Translations under genes and position numbers: made by a program
The notes under the pieces: model-generated
What the model saw: the letters and a program-made list of their open reading frames with translations, nothing else
The model's database searches: none
Told to the model about the DNA's origin: nothing
From: an uncultured Acidobacteriota bacterium
GTDB taxonomy: Bacteria; Acidobacteriota; Vicinamibacteria; Fen-336
Assembly: GCA_963720545.1 (NCBI GenBank)
Contig: OY970399.1
Coordinates: 3,776,001 to 3,840,000 of the forward strand
Direction: 5' to 3'
DNA: 64,000 nucleotides
Shown: in pieces, positions 10,101 to 17,937 of the stretch
How the letters are laid out: each line of letters begins with the position of its first letter
Position numbering within the stretch: position 1 is the first letter of the stretch

Positions 10101-11044
10101 GTGGCTCGCCGCGCGCGCCGATCGAGGTGATCGACTCGCACACCGAAGGCGAACCGACGCGGGTGGTGGTCGCCGGATGGCCGGCGCCGCAAGGCGCGAC
10201 CATGGCGGCACGGCGCGACTTCATGAGCGCCCACCAGGACGAGCTGCGCCGCGCCATCATCCTCGAGCCGCGCGGACACGCCGCAATCGTCGGCGCGTTG
10301 CTGACGGAACCGGTCAGCCCCGGCGCCGAGGCCGGCGTCGTGTTCTTCAACAACGTCGGCTATCTCAACATGTGCGGCCACGGCCTGATCGGCGTCGCGG
10401 CGACGCTCGCCGCAATGGGCCGCGAAGCGCGCGGCGAGGTGCGCCTCGACACGCCCGTCGGTCCGGTCGCCGCCAGCTTCCTGGGCGAAGGCGCCGTCGC
10501 CATCACCAACGTGCCGGCGTATGCGCACGCGCAGGATGTCGAAGTCGACGTGCCGCCCTACGGCCGTTTTCGCGGCGACATCGCCTGGGGCGGCAACTGG
10601 TTCTTCCTCACCGAACTGCCCGGCGCCGAGCTCGAGATGCAGAACGTGGACGAGCTGTCGCGGGTGAGCGTCGCGATCATGGCGGCGCTCGCGCAGCAGG
10701 CCATCGGCGGCGCCGACGGCCGGCGCATCGACCACGTCGAATTGTTCGCGGCGCCGCGGCGCGCCGACGCCGACTCGCGCAACTTCGTCATGTGCCCGGG
10801 CGGCGCCTACGATCGCTCGCCGTGCGGCACCGGCACCTCGGCGAAGATGGCGGCGCTTTTCGCGCGCGGCAAGCTGGCGCTTGGCCAGCGCTGGCGCCAG
10901 GAGAGCATCACCGGCAGCCTGTTCACGGGCTGGCTCAGCGAGCAGGACGGCGCGCTCGTCCCGCACATCGAGGGCCGCGCGTTCGTCACCGGCCGTGCGC
11001 GCTTCGAGTTCGCCCCGGACGATCCGTTCCGCGACGGGCTGTGA
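10097..11044 (+). CDS. lhpA: 4-hydroxyproline 2-epimerase (proline racemase family)
   Basis: IDSHTEGEPTR N-terminus and catalytic Cys pair in MCGHG and DRSPCGTGTSA. The real start is the GTG at 10097, overlapping the upstream stop; the ORF track shows it inside a longer 8486 ORF. Confidence 0.88.
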   Translation: MSGSPRAPIEVIDSHTEGEPTRVVVAGWPAPQGATMAARRDFMSAHQDELRRAIILEPRGHAAIVGALLTEPVSPGAEAGVVFFNNVGYLNMCGHGLIGVAATLAAMGREARGEVRLDTPVGPVAASFLGEGAVAITNVPAYAHAQDVEVDVPPYGRFRGDIAWGGNWFFLTELPGAELEMQNVDELSRVSVAIMAALAQQAIGGADGRRIDHVELFAAPRRADADSRNFVMCPGGAYDRSPCGTGTSAKMAALFARGKLALGQRWRQESITGSLFTGWLSEQDGALVPHIEGRAFVTGRARFEFAPDDPFRDGL

Positions 11045-12153
11045 GCCGGGACGTCATCGTCGTCGGCGCCGGCATCGTCGGCGCCGCCTGTGCCGAGGCG
11101 CTTGCGGCGGACGGCCGCGAGGTCCTGATCCTCGAGGGCGGCTTCGCCGCCTGTGGCGCGACCGCGGCCGGCATGGGGCACCTGGTGGTGATGGACGACT
11201 CGGACGCCGAGTTCGCGTTGTCGCGCTACTCGTGCGACTTGTGGCGGGAGCGCGCCGCTGCGATGCCCGCCGATTGCGAGGATGACCCGTGCGGCACGGT
11301 CTGGGTTGCCGCGGACGACGAGGAGATGTCGTTCCTGCCGCAAAAGGCCGCCTATTACCGCGATCGTGGCATCGCCGCCGAGATCTGGGACGCGAAGACG
11401 CTGCTGCGCAACGAGCCGAGCCTGCGGCCCGGCCTCGCCGGCGGCTTCCACGTGCCGGGCGACCGCGTCATCTATCCTCCCAATGCCGCACGCTGGCTGT
11501 GCGGTGCAGCGCTGACACGGGGCGCGCGCCTGCGTGAAGGAGCGCGCGTGAGCCGCATCGCGGCCGGCGGCACGGTGACGCTCGAGGGCGGCGAAACGCT
11601 GCAGGCGGACGTGGTGGTGAACGCAGCCGGCGTCGACGCGCCGAGCCTCAGCCCGGGACTTCGCATCGCGCCGCGCAAGGGCCACCTCGTCATCACCGAC
11701 CGCTATCCGCGCACGGTGCGGCGGCAGCTGGTGGAGCTGGGCTACCTGAAGAGCGCGCACACGCTCGGCGACAGCGACTCGGTCGCCTTCAACGTGCAGC
11801 CGCGCAAGACCGGGCAGCTGCTCATCGGCTCGTCGCGCGAGTTCGTCGGCATGCGCGGCGGCATCAACACCGAGGTGTTGCGGCGGATGCTGGCGCGCGC
11901 GGCGGACTACCTGCCGATGCTCACGGGCTTGTCGGCGCTGCGCGTCTGGACCGGGTTTCGGCCGGCAACGCCGGACAAGCTGCCGTTCATCGGCGCGTGG
12001 GAAGAAGGTGTCTTCGTCGCCGCCGGCCACGAGGGGCTCGGCATCGCCACTGCGTTGGGCACGGGCGGCCTCATCGCCGACCTGGTGGCGGGCCGCGCGC
12101 CGGCGATCGATCCGGCGCCGTTCGCGCCGCGGCGCGCACTGGACGGCCAATGA
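11041..12153 (+). CDS. lhpB: FAD-dependent D-hydroxyproline dehydrogenase beta subunit (D-amino acid oxidase family)
   Basis: VIVVGAGIVG FAD motif, ATAAGMGHLVV, WTGFRPATPD, GHEGLG; GTG start at 11041 overlapping the epimerase stop. Confidence 0.82.
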   Translation: MSRDVIVVGAGIVGAACAEALAADGREVLILEGGFAACGATAAGMGHLVVMDDSDAEFALSRYSCDLWRERAAAMPADCEDDPCGTVWVAADDEEMSFLPQKAAYYRDRGIAAEIWDAKTLLRNEPSLRPGLAGGFHVPGDRVIYPPNAARWLCGAALTRGARLREGARVSRIAAGGTVTLEGGETLQADVVVNAAGVDAPSLSPGLRIAPRKGHLVITDRYPRTVRRQLVELGYLKSAHTLGDSDSVAFNVQPRKTGQLLIGSSREFVGMRGGINTEVLRRMLARAADYLPMLTGLSALRVWTGFRPATPDKLPFIGAWEEGVFVAAGHEGLGIATALGTGGLIADLVAGRAPAIDPAPFAPRRALDGQ

Positions 12154-12407
12154 CGGTCCGCGTGACCATCGACGGCCGCGCGGTGGAAGCAGCCGCCGGG
12201 ACGAGCGTCGCGGCTGCGGCGTGGAACGCCGGCGTCGTGAGCCTGCGGCAAGCCGTGGCCGGCGAGCCGCGCGGCGCCTGGTGCGCCATGGGCGTGTGCT
12301 TCGAGTGCCGGGTGCGCATCGACGGTGTGCGGCACCAGCGCGCGTGCATGGAGTTGGTTCGCGAAGGCATGGTCATCGAAACCGGGGCCGGCGAGAGCGA
12401 GCCATGA
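12150..12407 (+). CDS. 2Fe-2S ferredoxin-like gamma subunit of D-hydroxyproline dehydrogenase
   Basis: MTVRVTIDG...CAMGVCFECRVRIDG...AC (CxxGxCxxC..C); ATGA overlaps at both ends. Confidence 0.85.
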   Translation: MTVRVTIDGRAVEAAAGTSVAAAAWNAGVVSLRQAVAGEPRGAWCAMGVCFECRVRIDGVRHQRACMELVREGMVIETGAGESEP

Positions 12408-13669
12408 GCGGCGCTGCCGGCATCGTCGAGGCAGACGTCCTCGTCGTCGGCGCAGGACCGGCCGGGATCGCAGCCGCCGTCACCGCAGCGGCGGCTGGTG
12501 CGAAGGTCGTGCTGGCGGACGAGGGGCAGCATGCTGGCGGGCAGATCTGGCGCGGTGCTGGTGGCGCGGCTCCGGATGTGCAGGCCGCCGCGTGGTTCGC
12601 GCGGCTGCGCGCTTCGGCGGTGCCGCACCTGTCCGGGGTTGCCGTCGTCGCGGTGCGCGAACCGGGCCGCTATCTCGCCGAGCGTGCCGGCGAAGCGTTC
12701 TTGCTGTCGGCCCCCAGGACGATCGTCGCCACCGGCGCGCGCGAGCTGTTCCTGCCGTTTCCGGGCTGGACGCTGCCGGCCGTGCTCGGCGTCGGCGGCG
12801 CGCAGGCGCTGCTGAAGTCGGGTGCTTCGTTCGCGGGACTGCGCGTCGTGGTCGCGGGCACCGGCCCGCTGCTGCTCCCGGTCGCGGCATCGCTGGCGCA
12901 CGCCGGCGCGCGCATCCGCGTGGTCGCGGAGCAGGCGGGCCTCGGTTCGGTCGCCGCCTTCGGTGCATCGCTGTGGCGGCGTCCGTCGAAGGCGTCGCAG
13001 GCGGTTCGCTATCGTGCGGCGTTCGCCGCGGCGCGTTACCGCACCGGCACCTGGGTGGCGGCCGCCACGGGCAGCGGGCGTGTCGCGAGCGTGCGCCTCA
13101 CCAACGGCCGCAGCTCCTGGAGCGAAGAGTGCGATGTCCTCGCGTGCGCCTACGGCCTGGTACCGAACCTCGAGCTGCCCCGTGCGCTAGGTTGCGCAAT
13201 CGCGTCGGGGTTCGTGCGCGTCGACGCGCGGCAGGCGACGAGCGCGGGGTCCGTATGGGCGGCGGGGGAGACGACCGGCATCGGCGGTGTCGAGCGCTCG
13301 CTCCTCGAAGGTGAGATCGCCGGGCTCGCCGCTGTCAACCGCGAAGTGCCCGCGGCGCTGCGCGCGCGCCATGCCGCGGAACAGGAATTCGCAGCAAGGC
13401 TGCGGCGCGCCTTTGCGCTGCGCGGCGAACTGCGCGGCCTGGCGCAGCCGGACACCATCCTGTGCCGCTGCGAGGACGTGGCGTTCGGCCGCGTCGATCC
13501 CGCCTGGAGCCGCCGCCAGGCAAAGCTCTACACCCGCGCCGGCATGGGTGCCTGCCAGGGCCGCATCTGCGGCGCCGCGCTCGACGTCATCGGCGGGATC
13601 GAGGCAGGGTCGGCAAGCGAAGAACGGCCGCCGCAGAGGCCCGTGAAGGTGGCAACGCTCCTAGAATAG
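12404..13669 (+). CDS. FAD/NAD(P)-binding oxidoreductase, alpha subunit of D-hydroxyproline dehydrogenase (C-terminal BFD-like Fe-S motif)
   Basis: VLVVGAGPAG, ATGARE.FLPFPGWTLP, and C-terminal CRCEDV...GMGACQGRICG; ATG at 12404. Confidence 0.83.
   Translation: MSGAAGIVEADVLVVGAGPAGIAAAVTAAAAGAKVVLADEGQHAGGQIWRGAGGAAPDVQAAAWFARLRASAVPHLSGVAVVAVREPGRYLAERAGEAFLLSAPRTIVATGARELFLPFPGWTLPAVLGVGGAQALLKSGASFAGLRVVVAGTGPLLLPVAASLAHAGARIRVVAEQAGLGSVAAFGASLWRRPSKASQAVRYRAAFAAARYRTGTWVAAATGSGRVASVRLTNGRSSWSEECDVLACAYGLVPNLELPRALGCAIASGFVRVDARQATSAGSVWAAGETTGIGGVERSLLEGEIAGLAAVNREVPAALRARHAAEQEFAARLRRAFALRGELRGLAQPDTILCRCEDVAFGRVDPAWSRRQAKLYTRAGMGACQGRICGAALDVIGGIEAGSASEERPPQRPVKVATLLE
13662..13667 (+). 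promoter_or_regulatory. Putative -10 hexamer (TAGAAT) 6 nt upstream of the deaminase ATG, consistent with an internal leaderless promoter
   Basis: ctagaatagcggcATG; no Shine-Dalgarno sequence visible. Confidence 0.35.
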
Positions 13670-13673
13670 CGGC

Positions 13674-14564
13674 ATGAAATGGTTCGGCGTCATGCCCGCG
13701 ATCACCACACCCTTCAAGCCGGACCTGACGATCGATTTCGACGCGTTGCGCGTCCACGTGGACCGCATGGTCGAGGCCGGGGCCACGGGCGTCGTGGCAC
13801 TCGGCTCGCTGGGCGAGGGGCAGACGCTGCGCACCGAAGAGAAGCTGGCGGTGCTCGCGGTCTGCCGCGAGACGTTGCAGGGCCGCGCGGCGCTCGTGGC
13901 CGGCATCGCCGCGCTCAGCACCGCCGATGCGTGCGACCTGGCGAAGGCGGCGGCGTCGGTCGGCTGCGACGGCCTGATGGTGCTGCCGCCCTACGTCTAC
14001 AAGGGCGACTGGCGCGAGAACGAGGTTTTTTTCCGCACGGTGATGGCGGCGACACCGCTCTCGTGCATGCTCTACAACAACCCGCTCGCCTATGGCACCG
14101 ACGTTCTGCCCGAGCAGCTCGCACACCTCGCGGCCACAGTACAGAACCTGCACGCGGTGAAGGAGTCGAGTGCCGACGTTCGCCGTATCACCGCGATCCG
14201 CGCGACCTCAGGCGAACGCCTCGCGCTGTTCGCGGGCGTGGACGACCTGATCCTCGAGGCCATGGGCGTCGGCGCCGTCGGCTGGATCGCCGGGCTCGTG
14301 AATGCCTTCCCGCGCGAGTCGGTGCGGCTCTTCGACCTGGTGCGGGCCGGGCGCCACGACGACGCGCGCTCGCTCTACGAATGGTTCCTGCCGCTGCTGC
14401 GCCTCGACACCGGGCCAAAGTTCGTGCACCTCATCAAGCTCGCCCAACAGGAAGCCGGCATGGGTTCGGAGCGCGTGCGTCCGCCGCGGCTCGAACTGAG
14501 CGGCGCCGAACGCGCGCAGGCGCTCGCGGTCATCCACGAGCGCATGGCGAACTGCCCGCGCTAG
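13674..14564 (+). CDS. lhpC: DapA/DHDPS-family lyase, probably 1-pyrroline-4-hydroxy-2-carboxylate deaminase
   Basis: GVMPAITTPF, GSLGE (rather than the GTTGE of DapA), YNNP, Schiff-base KESS; operon context. Confidence 0.83.
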   Translation: MKWFGVMPAITTPFKPDLTIDFDALRVHVDRMVEAGATGVVALGSLGEGQTLRTEEKLAVLAVCRETLQGRAALVAGIAALSTADACDLAKAAASVGCDGLMVLPPYVYKGDWRENEVFFRTVMAATPLSCMLYNNPLAYGTDVLPEQLAHLAATVQNLHAVKESSADVRRITAIRATSGERLALFAGVDDLILEAMGVGAVGWIAGLVNAFPRESVRLFDLVRAGRHDDARSLYEWFLPLLRLDTGPKFVHLIKLAQQEAGMGSERVRPPRLELSGAERAQALAVIHERMANCPR

Positions 14565-14568
14565 GCCG

Positions 14569-14997
14569 ATGGAGCTCCTGGTCCGCGCCTTCCCGATTCC
14601 CGAGTCGCGCACAGCCGACGTGCAGGCCTTCGCCGACGAGCTGCTGAAGCGGCGCAAGCGCGACACCGACGCCTTGTTCCGCCGCTCCGGCGTCGTCTCG
14701 GAGTCGTGGCAGCTGCAGCGCAGCCGCGCCGGCACGGTGCTGGTGCTCGTCACCTGGTGCAAAGACGCCGCCTCGTGGCGCAGCGCCGTCGCCACTTCGC
14801 GCGAGCCGTTCCAGGCCTGGTTCGCCGAGGCGCTGGCGCGCCTGTGCGACGCCGGTGCCGTGGCGGCGCTGCGCAGCGGTACCGCACAAACCGTGTTCGA
14901 GTGGCGCGACGCAAAGCCCAGGGCCGCGACGCCCTTGAAGGAGTCGAAGCCGAAGCGGGCGCCGCGCAAGGCGCCGAAGAAAGCGGCACGGCGCTAG
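14569..14997 (+). CDS. Hypothetical protein with a Lys/Arg-rich C-terminal tail
   Basis: 142 aa ORF with GC-rich third positions, 4 bp after lhpC and 6 bp before the EamA gene. Confidence 0.65.
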   Translation: MELLVRAFPIPESRTADVQAFADELLKRRKRDTDALFRRSGVVSESWQLQRSRAGTVLVLVTWCKDAASWRSAVATSREPFQAWFAEALARLCDAGAVAALRSGTAQTVFEWRDAKPRAATPLKESKPKRAPRKAPKKAARR

Positions 14998-15003
14998 CCG
15001 GGC

Positions 15004-15867
15004 ATGTTCGCCGCCATGTTGGCCCTGGGGGCAGCCGGCCTCTACGGGGTAGCCGACTTCATCGCCGCCCTCGCGACCAAGGGCCGTTCCGCCATCGGCA
15101 TGGCGCTTTTCTCGCAGGGCGTCGGCATGCTCGTGCTGGTCATGCTCGCAGCGTTTACCTCCACCGGGACGCCGGCGCGTGCCGACCTTTTGTGGGGCGC
15201 ATGCGCGGGCGTCGTCGGCCCGATCTCGCTCATCCTTCTCTACCGTGGCCTGGCTGACGGCTACATCAGCGTGGTGGCGCCGGTGACGGGTGTCGTCTCC
15301 ATCGCCTTTCCCGTCGCCTTCGGTGCTGTTGCGCTGGGCCAGCAGCCGACCGCCATGGTGCTGCTCGGTGTCGCGGTCGCGGCCGCGTCAGTGGTGTTCC
15401 TCGGCCTGGTGGCGCCGACAGAGGCGCCGCTCTCGGCGCGCACCTCGGCCCTGATGGCGCCCTTCTGGCTCGCGGTCGGCTCGGGCTTCGCCGGCGGACT
15501 CTTCTACGTCGCCCTGCAGCGCACCAGCGCCGGCTCCGGCCTCTGGCCGATGGTGGCCGCGCGCTGCACAGGCGTGTCGCTCATGTTCCTGGGTGGAGTG
15601 CTGCTTCGCCAGCTCGCCAACTGGAGAAAGCAGGTGAGCCAGGTGCCGCAGGTGGTCGTGTCGGGCGTGTTCGACGCGTTCGCCGGCGCCGCCTACCTGC
15701 TGGCGGTGCGCCGCGGCTCGCTCGCGATGGTGGTGACGCTCGTGTGCCTCTATCCGGCGGTCACCGTGTTCCTCGCGCGCGTCTTCCTTGCGGAGCGGCT
15801 GACCCGCTGGCAGCAGGCGGGCATGGTGCTCGCGGCCGCGTCGGTCCTGCTCATTACCCGTCCCTGA
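15004..15867 (+). CDS. EamA/DMT family transporter
   Basis: About 10 hydrophobic helices; YGVADF N-terminus; LYPAVTVFLARVFLAERLTRWQQAG C-terminus. Confidence 0.88.
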   Translation: MFAAMLALGAAGLYGVADFIAALATKGRSAIGMALFSQGVGMLVLVMLAAFTSTGTPARADLLWGACAGVVGPISLILLYRGLADGYISVVAPVTGVVSIAFPVAFGAVALGQQPTAMVLLGVAVAAASVVFLGLVAPTEAPLSARTSALMAPFWLAVGSGFAGGLFYVALQRTSAGSGLWPMVAARCTGVSLMFLGGVLLRQLANWRKQVSQVPQVVVSGVFDAFAGAAYLLAVRRGSLAMVVTLVCLYPAVTVFLARVFLAERLTRWQQAGMVLAAASVLLITRP

Positions 15868-15917
15868 GGAAAAACTGAGGGCCCTTGCGCCCTCGCCGCG
15901 CGTACACTCGCCTCACC

Positions 15918-17048
15918 ATGACCCGCCTCGAAGCCGCGATCCTGCTGGCGTGCGCCCTGCCTCTCTCCGCCTGCGCGCCGAAGTTCATCCGCGTGCCGCT
16001 CAGCGCCTGCCCGGTGCAGACGCTGCCCAAGCCGGCGGACGAAAAGGTGCGCGTCCAGTACCTGGGCGTCGGCGGCTTCCTTTTCAAGCGCGGCGACGAC
16101 GTCATCATGACCGCGCCGCTGTACACGGCGCCCGGCGTGCTCGAGATGTTCCTGAGCCGCGAGCTGCGGCCGAACGCCGACCTCATCAACCAGCTGTTTC
16201 CCCAGGACGGCGAGAACGCGCGCGCGATCCTCGTCGGCCACTCGCACTACGACCACCTGATGGACGTGCCGTACATCGCCCTCAACCGGGCGAAGGCCGC
16301 GGACATCTACGGCAGCACCAACACCGCGCGCATGCTGGCGCCGATCGCCGCCGAGCTCAAGGCGAAGACCCCGCCGACCAGGCTCGTGAGCCTCGACCTC
16401 GGCGCGGGCGACGAGCGCTCGCCCGGGCGCTGGGTGAGCGTCGGCAGCGGCGTGCGCTTCATGGCGCTGCGCAGCGAGCACGCGCCGTTCTTCACACTCA
16501 AGATCAATCCGCCATTCCAGAAAGGCATCGAGCTGCCGTTCTACCTGCTGCGCGGCGGCAGCCTCAGCGAGGATGCGAAGGAGCTGCCGAAGGGCATCAT
16601 CGACTTCGTGCAGGGCCCGGTCTTCAAGTTCGTCATCGACTTCCTCGACAGCGCCGGCAAGCCCGCCTATCGCATCTACTACGAGGACACCGGCACCAGC
16701 ACCGCGGTGCGCTCGCTGCCCGCCGAGCTGCTCGCGGAGAAGCCGGTGGACCTTGCGATCCTGGCGCTCGACGGCGACGCCGCCGCCATGTCCGGCAAGC
16801 CGAGCGAGGACATCCTCTCGGTGCTCAAGCCCAAGGCGGTCCTGGTGGGACATTGGGAAGACTTCTTTTTCAGCCAGGATCTTGCCCGGCTCTCCGGGGA
16901 ATTCCACCAGATTCCGTCGGCCAGCATGTTCCAGGCGATCGACATCCAGGGCTTCGTCAAGCGCCTCAAGGCCTCCCTGAAGCCCGCGGGGACGCCCTAC
17001 TACATCCCGTGCCCGACGCGCTCGATTTTCGAGTTCCCGGTCGAATAA
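15918..17048 (+). CDS. Metallo-beta-lactamase-fold hydrolase, predicted lipoprotein
   Basis: Lipobox LSAC after a hydrophobic stretch from the ATG at 15918; GHSHYDH (HxHxDH) motif; distal GHWEDFF. Confidence 0.82.
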   Translation: MTRLEAAILLACALPLSACAPKFIRVPLSACPVQTLPKPADEKVRVQYLGVGGFLFKRGDDVIMTAPLYTAPGVLEMFLSRELRPNADLINQLFPQDGENARAILVGHSHYDHLMDVPYIALNRAKAADIYGSTNTARMLAPIAAELKAKTPPTRLVSLDLGAGDERSPGRWVSVGSGVRFMALRSEHAPFFTLKINPPFQKGIELPFYLLRGGSLSEDAKELPKGIIDFVQGPVFKFVIDFLDSAGKPAYRIYYEDTGTSTAVRSLPAELLAEKPVDLAILALDGDAAAMSGKPSEDILSVLKPKAVLVGHWEDFFFSQDLARLSGEFHQIPSASMFQAIDIQGFVKRLKASLKPAGTPYYIPCPTRSIFEFPVE

Positions 17049-17060
17049 CGCGCCGTTATT
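17044..17060. repeat. AT-rich inverted repeat AATAACG-cgc-CGTTATT (possible operator or terminator-like hairpin)
   Basis: Perfect 7-bp arms, overlapping the MBL stop codon, 30 bp upstream of the predicted cluster -35. Confidence 0.45.
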
Positions 17061-17090
17061 GCGCGACCCGTGATGCTCGACACCATGGTT

Positions 17091-17119
17091 TTGGCAGGCG
17101 CAAGGACCTTGGCTAGACT
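17091..17119 (+). promoter_or_regulatory. Putative sigma70-type promoter of the PKS-NRPS operon
   Basis: TTGGCA (17091-17096), a 17-bp spacer, then TAGACT (17114-17119), 47 nt upstream of the TEII start. Confidence 0.55.
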
Positions 17120-17166
17120 GCCGCCAAGTTTCCCTCGCCATTGCGACCTGCCGGAGGTCTTCTCCT

Positions 17167-17937
17167 TTGAATTCGCCGTGGTTCAAGCCGACGCCCGGTG
17201 AGGCCTCGAGCGGCCCCCTCCTCATCTGTTTCCCGCACGCGGGCGGCGGCGGAGCCGCGTTTCGCACCTGGCCGCGGCACCTCGCCGGCAAGGCGCGGGT
17301 GCTGGCGCTCCACCCGCCGGGCCGGGCGTCGCGCCTTGGCGAGGATCCGCTGCGCCGCATTGGCGACTCGGCCGAGTCGATCGCCGACGCGCTGCTGCCG
17401 CTGACCCACGAGCCCTATGTTTTCTTCGGCAACAGCATGGGCGCGCTCGTCGCCTTCGAGACGGCGCGCGCCTTGCGCGCCCGCGGCGCCCGCTCGCCGG
17501 CGCACCTTTTCGTCTCGGCGCGCCGCGGACCGCGCATCGCCGAGCTCGACCCGCCAATGGCCGCCCTCGACGACGCGCAGTTCGTCGCCGAGGTGCAGAA
17601 GCGCTACGCGGCGATCCCCGCCGAGGTGGCGCGCGAGCCCGAATTGATGGAACTGCTGCTGCCGGCGCTGCGCGCCGACTTCGAGGCGCTCGAGACCTAC
17701 CAGTACGCCGCCGCGCCGCCGCTCGACTGTGCCATCACCACCATCGCCGGCGAAACCGACGCGCGCGCCACGCTCGCGCTGCGCACGCCGTGGCGCGACG
17801 AGACGCGCGGCGCCTTCCACCAGGAGACGATGCCGGGCGGACACTTCTACTTCGCCTCGCCGGCCGCCGAGCAGCCGGTGCTCGCGTGGTTCGCCGGCAG
17901 GCTTGCTGCGCTCCGGGTCGCCGAGATCGTTTCGTGA
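17167..17937 (+). CDS. Type II thioesterase
   Basis: LICFPHAGGG, GNSMG nucleophile elbow, LPALRADF, GGHFY; TTG start after GGAGG. Confidence 0.92.
   Translation: MNSPWFKPTPGEASSGPLLICFPHAGGGGAAFRTWPRHLAGKARVLALHPPGRASRLGEDPLRRIGDSAESIADALLPLTHEPYVFFGNSMGALVAFETARALRARGARSPAHLFVSARRGPRIAELDPPMAALDDAQFVAEVQKRYAAIPAEVAREPELMELLLPALRADFEALETYQYAAAPPLDCAITTIAGETDARATLALRTPWRDETRGAFHQETMPGGHFYFASPAAEQPVLAWFAGRLAALRVAEIVS

Noticed and set aside
11041..13669. Hydrogen cyanide synthase (hcnABC) or opine/sarcosine oxidase
   Set aside because: The subunit families are homologous, but the flanking Hyp epimerase, DapA-like deaminase and KGSA dehydrogenase point to D-hydroxyproline dehydrogenase.
13674..14564. 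dapA (lysine biosynthesis)
   Set aside because: It has GSLGE rather than GTTGE and sits in a catabolic context.
17091..17108. Sigma54 promoter at TTGGCA
   Set aside because: There is no GC dinucleotide at the -12 position, and the spacing fits sigma70 better.
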